From assembly GCA_918797485.1 (NCBI GenBank), contig CAKKNE010000003.1:1550001-1614000 (forward strand): a stretch of 64,000 bases of DNA. The letters are read 5' to 3'. The position numbers were made by a program, and so were the translations under genes. Origin of the DNA: Pelagomonas calceolata (Eukaryota). Below are positions 11,401-21,188 of the stretch, piece after piece (position 1 is the first letter of the stretch; each line of letters starts with the position of its first letter). The notes below the pieces were generated by a model. That model did not search any database and had not been told where the DNA came from. It saw only the letters and a list, made by a program, of their open reading frames with translations.

Positions 11401-12224
11401 TTTCTGGTCTCGAAGGCCTCGATCTCTGCGCGTATCGCTGATCGCAGCACGGAGAAATGCAAAGGTAAAAAGGGAAACTGCGTCACGATGCAGTAGCAGA
11501 CGTCGACCTCGACCAACGGTGGTCTATCAGCGTCATCAGACACGGACTCGTAGAACCGCGACGCGTGGGCGCAGACGCCGTACTGCACGCGAGACCCGTC
11601 TCTACCTCCACCAGACAAAACGAAGATCACCTCCTTGACGCCCCGGACCGCATTTAATGCGCCCGGCCGCCTCCCTTCGCCGGCCTGGGCCGCACTTACT
11701 TTCGCGCCGGCCGGCAGGCAAAAGTCCGCGATCGCCTCGGCTTGCGTCGGCGCGCCCGTCGGCGACAGGTGGTGCAGTACCTTGGGCGAGTAGCGCGCTC
11801 CCACCGCAACGTCCGGGTGCTCCACTAAGCGACTGGGTAGCCCGACCACTAAAAAATGATCAAAAATGCGCGCCTCCTGCGAGTCCTCCGTCGCGAGGGG
11901 CTGGCCCTCGGACGGCCGCCGCCTCAACGCGGCCGCCGTCGCGGTTGTGAGCGGCGAGGTCAGCGCGCGGGCCGGCGTCTCGACGGTGGCGTCCGTCGGC
12001 TGCGACGGCGTCGGCGGCGGGGCCCTTCCACCTAATGCTTTGCGCCGCTTCCGCCCGATCCGCGCGTTCGGCGGGCTCGTTAAATCTCCGCGTAACACGC
12101 GCACGGCGCGCCGCCGCGCCGCGAGCGTCTCGACCTTGCGCTTGCGCCAGGCCTTGAGCTCGGCGCGCTCGCGCTGCAGCTCGGCCTCGCTCTGGATGGG
12201 CGTGTGGCGCGGCGGGCCGTACAT
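8454..12224 (-). CDS. DENN-domain protein (Rab GEF-like) with a C-terminal PH-like domain
   Basis: IFDHFLVVG, IADFCLPAG, YCIVTQFPF, ALLELRVVFVS, YLDSPVPLILG; C-terminal LRQGFVAVKHGRRG. The start at MYGPPRH (12224) is preferred over the ORF start at 12776. Confidence 0.85.
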   Translation of the reverse strand: MYGPPRHTPIQSEAELQRERAELKAWRKRKVETLAARRRAVRVLRGDLTSPPNARIGRKRRKALGGRAPPPTPSQPTDATVETPARALTSPLTTATAAALRRRPSEGQPLATEDSQEARIFDHFLVVGLPSRLVEHPDVAVGARYSPKVLHHLSPTGAPTQAEAIADFCLPAGAKVSAAQAGEGRRPGALNAVRGVKEVIFVLSGGGRDGSRVQYGVCAHASRFYESVSDDADRPPLVEVDVCYCIVTQFPFLPLHFSVLRSAIRAEIEAFETRKHPRSRRYAAAHAALKAYSRVPPPGPGLKVEVNIGEVIEWTRPRRRRPKLSRAPRDEATRLAREWSLPVVLGRLSLENVLRVLACALLELRVVFVSRDLQTLSACALGAVSLLRPLRWAGPLISALPADLRDYLDSPVPLILGVTGLPLHFEQGADMVLAFADEDRVRLPPNSVMLPRYDALVEKLRPLVDVLRHDLKGHQLPQTPNTRTSADAASAFGDDVVQGDDDDRLQSPGWRRPPSAEALKALDSVVDGVHAHLRLLLAGARAIREARVSSKKRSLKQAVGNDVWEGLGGEEGEQFIARVEQTQMYSNYHHSQPQVGPDAEELLRRLDDGFDDGAEYSSSSDESLEEDLTVSPDDAFWCRGRCNGALDTPFCTQQCIREWERRTRLEKAQELSRYVAPEPRAREPLKHRNETRSQWAHRASLHASPRSPSKKLNASERPPFGFHCSVDPRGRFCCDRRRGGTAAPVQTKEKRRSKPPAERPMRRGGYAGRGPSNLALVRRSEDRKDERRHDAALVLQRKSRRDRLCRALEAAAVAARSRMDVDVSSDESVESAKLGSTSGDFEAFLVDDSGVREKTENVIQVMQSTRARILYEALAAWRDRVDSDDEYPLSDESDVAPRAPSPVASRVTSPVKPSPITLNAAASLIELAADEPPAPSVPVSAERRASASSAESPAELNRRRTLQLRDSFGVEELEDFDDDHSGDARSRSDSGADLSSRGSGGDLAGMLAPPGSSPVLGSPAGSSPSSPPSSIFERQAKPPSPLPPPPPPSPPPQLMSPSSKHPVRSLSCSSDDAAFSLRKAISPIARPLAAEDYSSYDDVEFRAALRQGFVAVKHGRRGRAHARRFRASEDLSELTWAAEDEPQSVVHAGLRRLKRMSKSRRVVKMADVQRVCGRGSSRVLQRAHSAGRVFRPFTVSLVLEDGSSVDLEFQDAAKHRAMLRGFTRLAAAARKLYDEDGERDPWEEAVAALAVKAGPE

Positions 12225-12754
12225 TGTTGGTTGTTGTGTGTCGTGAGCCGATGCGCGGTCGACGGGCTGTGTTTTATGAATAGCCGTGCTCCTCGGGCCG
12301 CGACAGGAGCCTGGTTCTCGAGGCTTTACCGCGCTCAGCGCCCGCCAAATGCGTGATGGCTTGTGCTGGATGACGTCTATGGCTGCCCCTTGCCTGATAC
12401 TGGTCTGCGCGTTGTCTTGCTGAGGAGCAGCGCAACTCGGGCCGCGATGGGCAGTTGTTTCGGTGGTCTCTACGGCGCTCGACGCCCCCAAAACGATGTG
12501 ATGCATCGACCAGATGTTGCCCCCGCACGAACGGAGCCTGTGCCCGTTTTTCGCCACGAGACGTATTCGGTCAGTCTGGGAATCGTCCTGATTCCCCCGA
12601 GAGCTCCAGGCGGGCCACGTCCAACCCTCACGAGCGCCGCTGAGATTGCGCTGCTCTCGTGCTTTTGGGGTGCTCTTGCTGGGCACGCACGCTGCGGCAG
12701 GCTTTCCGATTGCTGCCCCCAAGCGCCTCGTAGTTCCATGCAGTAGCAGGGACC

Positions 12755-13912
12755 ATGCAAGGCACTGACAACCCATTTAAGGAGGGCACGGAGGAGACCA
12801 AGCAGGAACTGCCCGACGCGTCCGACGACAGCGACGCCTTCGACCCGCGCGTCCTCGACGGGACGCTCGAGGAGGATGCCATGTATGGCGATCGGACGCT
12901 GCCCGGCGGCCTCAAGGCGCCGCGCGCGACGTCGCTCGCGCTGCGCCTCGCGATGCGCTGCGCGGTCGATACGGAGGCGCGGCGCAAGGCGAAGCTGGCG
13001 TACACGACGCACGTGCGGCGCGCGTTGTTTGCCCGGGGTTTGGATTCGCGCGCGTCCTGGGCTTACGAAGTTGCAAGAGATGCGCCCGATAACGAAGCGC
13101 CGCGCCTCGCGAACGACGCGGCCTTCCCGGCGCGCGACGCCCGGGGGCGGTCCCTCCTGATGGAGGCCGTCGACAACTGGGCGGCGGCGAAGCGGGAGCG
13201 CGAGTCCGCGGTCTTCGCGCTACTCATCGCCGGCGCGGCCACGGACGACGAAGAAGGTGTCTTGGTGGCCGCGGCGCAAAAAGGCTGCGAGGCCATCGTC
13301 GGGGCGTTGCTGGACGCGGGCGCGGACCCGCGCTGCCGCCCGAAGAAGAGCCCCGGCGTTTTGCTCGCCATCGTCGCCTCGGAAAAGGCGAACGCGCGCT
13401 GCTGGACGCTGGTGGTGAACGCGCTCGCTTCGAAGCATGTCCTGGAGCGCGTCGTCGGCTGGCGGCATCGAGGACTGACCGCGCTGCACTATATCGCGCT
13501 CAACGGCCACGTCGACATCATGCGGGACGCGCTGGCGCGCAAGTCGTTCCGCGAGGCTGTTGATTCAAGGTCCTCCGCGGCGGTGGCCTTCGATATTCGG
13601 AGAGTGGGCGACGAGCGGTTCTCAGGTTTTGCCGTAAGGCGCACGCCGCTGCACTTCGCGGTGGCTTCTTCTGAAGTCGAGATCGCGAAGCTGTTACTGC
13701 GGGCCGGGGCCGACGTGCAGGCGCGGGACGCGACCGGTTCGACGCCGTTGCTCGAGTGTCAGGGCCCGTTCATGCTCTTCGCGCTGGTCTTGCCATGCAT
13801 GACTCGTCTTGAAGATGGGGGCGGTGGCGTCAGTTGTTTCGGCGGGCGCCCTGAGAAGCCGAGCACACCGGAGGCGGAGAAGGTGCCCCTCGAGGAGGCG
13901 CTTTCACAGTAG
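12755..13912 (+). CDS. Ankyrin repeat protein
   Basis: GLTALHYIALNGH, RTPLHFAV..IAKLLLRAGADVQARD.GSTPL. Confidence 0.85.
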   Translation: MQGTDNPFKEGTEETKQELPDASDDSDAFDPRVLDGTLEEDAMYGDRTLPGGLKAPRATSLALRLAMRCAVDTEARRKAKLAYTTHVRRALFARGLDSRASWAYEVARDAPDNEAPRLANDAAFPARDARGRSLLMEAVDNWAAAKRERESAVFALLIAGAATDDEEGVLVAAAQKGCEAIVGALLDAGADPRCRPKKSPGVLLAIVASEKANARCWTLVVNALASKHVLERVVGWRHRGLTALHYIALNGHVDIMRDALARKSFREAVDSRSSAAVAFDIRRVGDERFSGFAVRRTPLHFAVASSEVEIAKLLLRAGADVQARDATGSTPLLECQGPFMLFALVLPCMTRLEDGGGGVSCFGGRPEKPSTPEAEKVPLEEALSQ

Positions 13913-13966
13913 TGGTTTCCTAATTAGAAGAATAGTATGTACAGTCCTATATGTGCAGTCCTCTCT

Positions 13967-14440
13967 CTAGAGGCCTAACTCCGAGAGGGACGGATGATCG
14001 TCCGGTCTACGCCCTTGCGGCCAGTGGTAGAGCCGCTCGGACTCCTCGATCGGGAGGTCGTTGATAGACGCGTGTCTCGTCTTCATCAATCCGTTCTCGT
14101 CGAACTCCCAGTTCTCATTTCCATAGGCTCTAAACCACTGACCATCCGCGGTGTTGTACTCGTAGGCGAAGCGCACCGCGATGCGGTCGTCGCCGTGCGC
14201 CCAGTACTCCTTGATGAGCCGGTACTCGAGCTCCTTCGACCACTTGCGCTCGAGGAACTCCCTTACTTTTTCTCGGCCTTGGAAGATCTCCGAGCGATTG
14301 CGCCACTTCGTGTCAGGCGTATAGGCCATTGGCACTTTCGTCGGATCGCGGTTGTTCCACGCATCCTCGGCGGCGCGGACCTTCTGGATGGCGGTCTCTT
14401 TCGTGAACGGTGGGACGGGCGGGCGCACTTGCGCTGCCAT
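13967..14440 (-). CDS. DUF1348 / NTF2(SnoaL)-like protein
   Basis: [60 protein letters not shown]. Confidence 0.9.
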   Translation of the reverse strand: MAAQVRPPVPPFTKETAIQKVRAAEDAWNNRDPTKVPMAYTPDTKWRNRSEIFQGREKVREFLERKWSKELEYRLIKEYWAHGDDRIAVRFAYEYNTADGQWFRAYGNENWEFDENGLMKTRHASINDLPIEESERLYHWPQGRRPDDHPSLSELGL

Positions 14441-14707
14441 TCTCTAACGTTGCGACGTATGTGGATGGATGCTCTCTGAGTCTGTGAGAGGCTTTTCCCT
14501 CTTAGCGTGCTTCTAGCCGGCAATTCTCTATATTATTGCCGCGCGCCGTTCGATGAGCACTGCTGTTGAGCACTGCTGTTGCTTGTCTGCTTTAGAAACT
14601 GGTGTTACGCGGAGATAAGCAGCCCAGCCAGGTCTGGGTCTGGCAAACGTTTGCTAGTGTCTTACACTAGCGACGCCTCATTAAACGCGACAAAGATACT
14701 ACATTTA

Positions 14708-15613
14708 CTAGGAAGAAGAAGCGCGGAAGAACTCCTCCGGCAACTTCTCCCCGTACATCCCCGCGTGGTCGGGATCCGAAGCAACAAGTGCGTCGCGCAG
14801 CTCCGCCGCCGCCTCCGCGTCTCCGGGCCCGCCGCGCGCGAGGCGCAGCCGCAGGAGCGCCATCTGCGGCCACCGCGCAGATGGCTCCAAGCTTCGCAGC
14901 TCCTCGAGCGCCGCGACCTCCTCGTCGACCGTCGCGTAGTTCGACCGCCGCAACACATCAAACGAAAACCACCACGTCGACTGGTCGTCGGGCTCGCAAA
15001 ACAAGGCCTGGCGCGCTATTCCTAATTCCTCGCGCGCCGCCGCCGCGTCCATTTGTGAAGGCAGCGTCTTCGCCAGCGCGTGGTGCGCGCTGTAGTTGCT
15101 GAAATTCACCTGGAGCCGATCCCGGGCGAAGGCCCGCGTGTCCTCGACGGCCTCGTCCGCCATTTCAGCCACCATCCTCCGATAGTTCCAACAATGAAAA
15201 TTGCGCTCGTCGAGTTTGAGAAATTCCGCGCATAGCGCTAATTCATCTTTTGCGAGAGCCGGCCGCCGCCTTACAATCCACAACCGATGGTGCCACGCCG
15301 CGTAGGACTTGGGCTGCTTCATGAGGCACTTCTGCGTCAGCGCGAGCTCAAGTTGTGTCTCGTTCTCATCAAGGCCGCCGTCCGTCTTCGCTTCCCTACT
15401 CAGCAACATCTCCCTCCTATAATTCCAGAGGGTGGGCACGTCCGGGCTCGCCAGCAACAATTTCTCAACAACAGCATAAGTCTCGGAGTCGTGCTTGTGG
15501 GCCTGCTTCGCGGCGAGGGCGTGCTTTAGTAAGGCCGCGTAGGTCGCGGCCTTCTTGCGCCGCGCGGCGACCTTCTCGGGCGGCGGCGGCGGGCCTTTTC
15601 TTACACCGTGCAT
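14708..15613 (-). CDS. RABGGTA: Rab geranylgeranyltransferase (type II) alpha subunit
   Basis: MHG.RK N-terminus; PPTA repeats LWNYRRE, PKSYAAWHHR, DERNFHCWNYRR, NFSNYSA, EPDDQSTW. Confidence 0.9.
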   Translation of the reverse strand: MHGVRKGPPPPPEKVAARRKKAATYAALLKHALAAKQAHKHDSETYAVVEKLLLASPDVPTLWNYRREMLLSREAKTDGGLDENETQLELALTQKCLMKQPKSYAAWHHRLWIVRRRPALAKDELALCAEFLKLDERNFHCWNYRRMVAEMADEAVEDTRAFARDRLQVNFSNYSAHHALAKTLPSQMDAAAAREELGIARQALFCEPDDQSTWWFSFDVLRRSNYATVDEEVAALEELRSLEPSARWPQMALLRLRLARGGPGDAEAAAELRDALVASDPDHAGMYGEKLPEEFFRASSS

Positions 15614-16059
15614 GGTTTTTTTTGCGCCGCGAGCAGTGCCAGCTTTTTGGTGCCAGAGAGCTTTTTGGTCTCAGAGCTAGAAAGACGTCCGGAGCGCACG
15701 CAAAGTAGATAACCGTTCAGTGGCGATACACAGCAATGCCCAGGCGCTGTGGAGGTACGCGTGGCTCGTCGCTTTACACGCCGCCGGCGACGGCAGCTAG
15801 CGTCCTGTAAGACACTAGGAATTGCAAGCTCGACCCAAAAACGCCCGTCGCACGCCGGCTATCCAGCAGTTACGGCCATCATACAATCAACTGGGCTTCA
15901 TCAGCCGCTGCTGAGTCACTTCTGTTCGCTTGGAGCCACCGGTAGCAAGCACAACCTCATCATAACACCACAAGCCTTGCTCGCCAACGCAGACTGCCCT
16001 GCCCGTAGCAACACCAGCCTTCGTTGTCGCAGTCGCACGGCAGCGCAATTACAAAAGCA

Positions 16060-17523
16060 ATGCGCACAACGCTGCTCACGCTCGTGGCCGTCGCGTCGGC
16101 GCGGACGGCCGCGCTGCAGCTGGGCCTGCCCAAGCGGCCCAGAGTGGGCCGGCGCGCCGCCGCGAGCGGCGAAGCAGCAGAACTGAAGGGCCTCAACCGC
16201 GAGTTCCTTTCGATAGCCCTGCCGGCGGTAGTCCAGTTCGCCGCCGAGCCCGTCGCGCGGCTCGTCGACACGGCGTACATGGGCCGCCTGGGCGCGACGG
16301 CGCTCGGGGGCGCCGGTGCGGCCGTGAGCGCGCAGTACGCGCTGGGCAAGCTGTCGAACGACCCGTTGTTGCGGACGTCCATTTCCTTGGTCGCGGCCGA
16401 GGGCGACGCCAACGATAGTAGTATTGCGGCGGCGCTGTGCCTCGCGCTCGTCGTGGGCGCCGTCCAAGGTTTAGGTGTTATGCTGCTGGCGCCTCGTCTA
16501 CTCCAAGCGTTTGGTGTTGCTTCTACAAGCCCAATGGCGAGCCACGCGCTCTGGTACTTGAGGACGGCGGCGCTCGGCGCGCCGACGGCGACCGTGTGGC
16601 TCGTGGCGAACGGCGTGTTCCGCGGCTTAGGGGACACGGCGACTCCGTTAAAATGGGCCCTGGCCTTCACGGCGATGAACGCTATTTTGGATCCTTTGTT
16701 CATCTTTCCACTTGGTCTGGGCGCGGCCGGCGCGGCCGCCGGCACCGCGCTATCTCAAACTTTAGCTTTGTATCCTCTCTTAAGGGCCTTGTCCAAGAGG
16801 ACAGGAGCCGGCTCCGTCGCTAATTTGCTCAAATGCGACCGACGGAAGTTGATTGAGCAGCTCGGGAATTACGGGAAAGCTGGCACTCTAGTACTCGTCA
16901 GGACTCTGGGAAAAATATCGGCCTACTCTGTCTGCGCGCGCGAGGCGGCGAAGCTCGGCGCCGTGTCGTCGGCGGCGCACGCTGTTTGTTTTGCGTTGGG
17001 CGTCGCCACGACGCAGCTCTGCGAGGCCGCGGCCGTCGCAACCCAAACGCTACTCGCGCGCGAGTTCTACGCCGAGAAGGCCACGAATCTCAAAAGGTCG
17101 CATAGGATATTGAGGCTCGGCCTCGCTACTGGATTGGGATGCTCGTCTCTGCTGGCCACGGGCACGTATCTGAACCGCCACAACGTCGTCGCGGGGCTGA
17201 CGACGGACCCGAAGGTGCGGGCCGCGTGCCTGGCAGTTTTTCCTTTAGTAATGCTCTGCCAGGCCCTCAAGGGGTTGGCCTACCCCGTCAACGGCTTGCT
17301 GATGGGCGCGCTCGACTGGTCGGCGGCGTCGGTCACGATGTGGGCGTCGAACATCGCGTGTCTACTCGTGCTGGCGCGGCCGACGCCGTCGTCGCTCGAT
17401 AAATTGTGGAGGGGCTTCGCCGCGTTGTTTATCGTGCAGTGCGGTGCCGGTTTATTGAGGGTCGCGTCGCGGACGGGGCCGTGGACGCGGCTGCGGCGGC
17501 CGTCGTCCGCGTCGACAGCGTAA
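16060..17523 (+). CDS. MATE-family transporter (DinF-like), possibly plastid-targeted
   Basis: IALPAV..AEPVARLVDTAYMGRLG, GVFRGLGDTATPL, LDPLFIF..GAAGAA; multiple TM segments; signal-like leader. Confidence 0.9.
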   Translation: MRTTLLTLVAVASARTAALQLGLPKRPRVGRRAAASGEAAELKGLNREFLSIALPAVVQFAAEPVARLVDTAYMGRLGATALGGAGAAVSAQYALGKLSNDPLLRTSISLVAAEGDANDSSIAAALCLALVVGAVQGLGVMLLAPRLLQAFGVASTSPMASHALWYLRTAALGAPTATVWLVANGVFRGLGDTATPLKWALAFTAMNAILDPLFIFPLGLGAAGAAAGTALSQTLALYPLLRALSKRTGAGSVANLLKCDRRKLIEQLGNYGKAGTLVLVRTLGKISAYSVCAREAAKLGAVSSAAHAVCFALGVATTQLCEAAAVATQTLLAREFYAEKATNLKRSHRILRLGLATGLGCSSLLATGTYLNRHNVVAGLTTDPKVRAACLAVFPLVMLCQALKGLAYPVNGLLMGALDWSAASVTMWASNIACLLVLARPTPSSLDKLWRGFAALFIVQCGAGLLRVASRTGPWTRLRRPSSASTA

Positions 17524-17705
17524 GTATTTATCTAGTATTTTCTTGGGTATCTTCGAGCGAAACCCGTTTTGGTTGGACTTTTCACGCAGAGCAAAGTTGG
17601 TTTTTGCGGGCAGTGCTCGTCACCAGGACCTACGTTGCACGTACAGTGCAAGCAGGTCATTCATTATATACCTACGCTCAGTGTCCGCAAGCCTTTTCCA
17701 GTATC

Positions 17706-18611
17706 ATGCTTGCCTGTCAAAAAAAACTTGCCCTACTCTGCGGCTGCTGCTGCACAGTGACTGCTCTGCGAACCCCAAAGCCACTGCCAATCGCGCGCCG
17801 CGACCTCTTCCGTGCGACGGCTGCCGCGATTGTCTTGCCGAAACCAGCAGCCGCCGCCACGACCGTCGCCGCCGCCAAGGCCGCGTTGCTCGACGCGATC
17901 CCGGCCACGGCGACGGGCGCGCCCGCGACGAACGCGACGCTGCCCCGCACAGTCGCCGAGAAAATAAGCGCGTGCGCCGACACCCTCGACGCCGCCGCCG
18001 CGATGGGCGACACCGCCTCCAATAAGCAACTGGACGGCTCCTGGCGCCTTGTTTATAGTGACGCGCCAGAAATTACGAACCTCGCGAAGCTGCCGCTCGG
18101 CTTTCAGTTAGGTCCGGTCCGCCAGCCCTTCTCGCTCCAATCCAAGACCTTCGAGAACCAGGGCGAGATCCTGCACGTCACGCACTTGATCCACGGCTCG
18201 ACGCGCGTCGTCGGCGACTTCGACCGCGCGGCGCGCGGCACGCTCAACGCTGCCGGTGTGGTCAACGATCGGGGCGACCGCGTCGACGTCTTCTTTCGAA
18301 GGGTCGTGTTCGAGATCGACGCTCCGGTGGCGATCAAGACGGTCGTCGAGCCCAAGGCCGACCCATCATTAGCGCGGCCGGCCGTCGACACGGTGTACCT
18401 GGACGACTCCTTGCGCGTCACGCGGGGCGGCGACGGCTCGCTCTTCGTTCTGACAAGAGACGCGGACCCGGTGCCGATGCTTACAACAACACAACGCCAG
18501 GAACTATATGGCGAAGCCTCGCAGGACGTCGTGAGCGGCGCCGGGTTGGGCAACTGGTCCCGCACGACGCCCGGCGTCTTCTCCTCGACAGACACTAGTG
18601 GAAGAGAATAA
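17706..18611 (+). CDS. Plastid lipid-associated protein / fibrillin family
   Basis: AKAALLDAI, LDGSWRLVYS, TVYLDDSLRVTRGGDGSLFVL; bipartite leader. Confidence 0.85.
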   Translation: MLACQKKLALLCGCCCTVTALRTPKPLPIARRDLFRATAAAIVLPKPAAAATTVAAAKAALLDAIPATATGAPATNATLPRTVAEKISACADTLDAAAAMGDTASNKQLDGSWRLVYSDAPEITNLAKLPLGFQLGPVRQPFSLQSKTFENQGEILHVTHLIHGSTRVVGDFDRAARGTLNAAGVVNDRGDRVDVFFRRVVFEIDAPVAIKTVVEPKADPSLARPAVDTVYLDDSLRVTRGGDGSLFVLTRDADPVPMLTTTQRQELYGEASQDVVSGAGLGNWSRTTPGVFSSTDTSGRE

Positions 18612-18620
18612 ACTTGCATA

Positions 18621-19802
18621 CTAATTAGTTTCGGCGCACGCGTAGACCCACATGCTCCCGAGCACCATCGACGCGCCCAGCGCGAACCCCGGCGTGATCT
18701 CGAAGCCGAGCCACAGCCAGCTGATGAACGTCGAGAGCAGCATGGACCCACCGGTAGCGAAGCCCTTCAGCAGGTTGTCCGCGTACGCGATCACCGCCGC
18801 GGCGCACAGGCCGCCCGTCGCTTGTAAAGCGACTACACTCCACACGATGGGCGTAAATCCGGCCAGGGCGCCCCGTTCCCGGATGACCCGGCCATCTTTG
18901 CACAGACACCCGAACAGCGCGATAAACGTCGAGAACGTCGCCATCTGCGCGTTGCGCGCCCACACACTTATGGGTTTTTGCGTCGTTTTTTTTGGTGCTA
19001 TTTCGCCGATCTTTTTCTCTCGTGCTCCCTTCACGACCCTCTCGAAATAGACCGACGAGAAACCAGACGTGCAGCAGGCCGCGAGGACCGCGGAACTCCC
19101 GACCGCAATATTAACGGCGTGTTTCTCGACGAGGCGCGTCGGGTCCCTGGCAGACGTGGCGACCACAGCCAAACCTAAAGCAAGGAGGGCGACGCCGCCC
19201 CACTGCATCGGGGCTAGTTTGCGATTCAATAGAGCCACGGAGAAGAAGGCCGTTGTTAACAACTTCATCTGGTATAACAATTGAAACACGGCCGGTTCCA
19301 AATTTGAGGCAGCAACATACTGGAGGTTGTTCTGCACCGCATAGAGCGTCGCGGGCACGATTAATACATAGGACGTCGGGTCCGCGTACGCGCCCTCCGC
19401 GGCGCCCTTCAGCCGCTGCCAGAACGACTCGCCTTCCGGCTCGGCCCTCGCGGCCAGACCCAAAGAAATGAACAGCTTCGTCAGCTCCGACAAACACACC
19501 GCCTCGGACGCGTGGTAGCGGTGCTCAATGACCCTTGTTCGTGAATAGCGCATCGTCAGCGTCAGCGCCGAGTTCTGGACCAGCAAAATGGCGAGGGACA
19601 GGGCCCTCGCTCGTTCCCGCGGCGACTGCCACCACCGGCAGTCGGCGAGGGCGCCGCCACTCACGGTCGGCGGCGCGCAGAACTCGCGGCACGGCTGGAG
19701 CGCGGCGCCGCCGCCTCGTACAGAAATGTGGCGCCGCGGCCTCCTTAACCTCAGGTGGGTCTTGGCGCTTGCGAGGGCTGCGAGCGTGAGGATGCGACGC
19801 AT
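18621..19802 (-). CDS. Nucleotide-sugar transporter (SLC35A-like)
   Basis: LLVQNS..LTMRYSR, VPATLYAVQNNLQY, YQMKLLTTAFF, SGFSSVYFE, YADNLLKGFAT. Confidence 0.92.
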   Translation of the reverse strand: MRRILTLAALASAKTHLRLRRPRRHISVRGGGAALQPCREFCAPPTVSGGALADCRWWQSPRERARALSLAILLVQNSALTLTMRYSRTRVIEHRYHASEAVCLSELTKLFISLGLAARAEPEGESFWQRLKGAAEGAYADPTSYVLIVPATLYAVQNNLQYVAASNLEPAVFQLLYQMKLLTTAFFSVALLNRKLAPMQWGGVALLALGLAVVATSARDPTRLVEKHAVNIAVGSSAVLAACCTSGFSSVYFERVVKGAREKKIGEIAPKKTTQKPISVWARNAQMATFSTFIALFGCLCKDGRVIRERGALAGFTPIVWSVVALQATGGLCAAAVIAYADNLLKGFATGGSMLLSTFISWLWLGFEITPGFALGASMVLGSMWVYACAETN

Positions 19803-20416
19803 CGTTCGCGCTTGCAGTCGCGTCTTGTTGTGCTGTGATGGCGCTGCAGGGGAGTCGCTCCTTTACTGCAGAGTTGCTCCTGCGAGTCGTGCTTCAGCGT
19901 GCTGCTGTTATATGATACTGAGCTCTTAAATCGAGCTGCGCGCTCGTGTCTGATGCTTTTATTCGCCCGCGCTCTGAACGGCAAACTAGGCGATGCATTT
20001 GCAACAATCGGGGTCGAGTCGAGGAGCCCGCTGGATCAGCACTCGTCCCAAGAACGCCCCAAGGACTCGTCCTTGCGGGTGACGGCGGCTGGCGTTTTGC
20101 GCCGCAACCCGAATGCCAATGCAGCATCGAGCAGCAAGCTTTTGTGCGCTGCTGTACGTCGCGACGCGCCTTGCCGAGAGAAAGCGATCGCTTGTAGAAC
20201 GATAATCGACGGTACTTGCTGCAGCGCTGGTTAAAGGCGCCGGCAATAGCGCCTCCGTAGAGCACAGCAGGGGGTCGCCGGAGCCGCCGCGTCGCCGACG
20301 CGCGTACCGATCCACCACGACTGCTCGCCGTGTTTCTCGCACGTCGCTGAGCGCCACCGGAAAGCTAGGCGCAGCAGTACGCGGACGCGTGGGCTGCACG
20401 CCGCCGCCGCGCCACG

Positions 20417-20944
20417 ATGCACACCTACTGGGTGCGCCTCAACGCCGTCTTCTTCTACGGTCTCAACGTGCTCCTCGGCTTGAGCTGCTGCGCGTGGGTG
20501 AGCTGCCTGCAGCAGGACCTCGATTTCCACTCGGACCTGCCGCGACCGGTCGTCGACACGGTGCGCGTGAACGAGCTGCTCTCGTTACGAGCGCACGGCG
20601 GCGTCGACCGCGCTCTACTGAGTTTCGACGTCCAGGCCGACCTCACGCCGGCCTTCCACTGGAACCTCAAGCAGCTTTTTGTGTTTGTGCTGGCCGAATA
20701 TCAAACCCCGAAGAACGAGCTGAACCAGGTCATACTGTGGGACCGGATCGTGGAGACGGAAGAACAGGCGAAGCTTGATGAAAGGAACATCTACGTCAAG
20801 TACGCGCTCATCGACCAGGCGAACGAGCTGCGGAACACGTCTATCAATTACTACCTCGTCTGGGACCACATGCCCGTGACGGGGCGGCTCTTCATGGACA
20901 AGGGCTTCGGCTCGAAGAAGATCCTGCCCAAGGAGTATTTCTAA
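20417..20944 (+). CDS. SPCS3: Signal peptidase complex subunit 3 (SPC22/23)
   Basis: MHT..RLNA, ADLTPAFHWNLKQLFVFVLAEY.T..N..NQVILWDRIV, WDHMP.TG. Confidence 0.95.
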   Translation: MHTYWVRLNAVFFYGLNVLLGLSCCAWVSCLQQDLDFHSDLPRPVVDTVRVNELLSLRAHGGVDRALLSFDVQADLTPAFHWNLKQLFVFVLAEYQTPKNELNQVILWDRIVETEEQAKLDERNIYVKYALIDQANELRNTSINYYLVWDHMPVTGRLFMDKGFGSKKILPKEYF

Positions 20945-21188
20945 GTTCTTCTAGCAAATTTAATCCGCGGGCGAATGCCGTCGACGTGTACAAGATCAGG
21001 TCGGGGGGGGTCGTACGCTGCCGAGTCCGTGCATCTCAACGCGACCGCGGCGGCCACGAGATCCCGGCGCGCCGCCACCGACGTCGCGCCGAGGTCGAGC
21101 CATCAACCTCGCGACAGATAAAAAAAAGTCGAGGCAGTCATTCCGATTCTGACTTTTTCCATATCAACTTTCCACAGCGACGACAAGA

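Noticed and set aside
12225..12776. N-terminal extension of the DENN ORF
   Set aside because: It reads as promoter/UTR between divergent genes and overlaps the ankyrin gene start; it is not protein-like.
14554..14579. Tandem 13-bp duplication tgagcactgctgt as a transposon footprint
   Set aside because: The length does not match the 8-bp TSD of the local family; simple slippage explains it.
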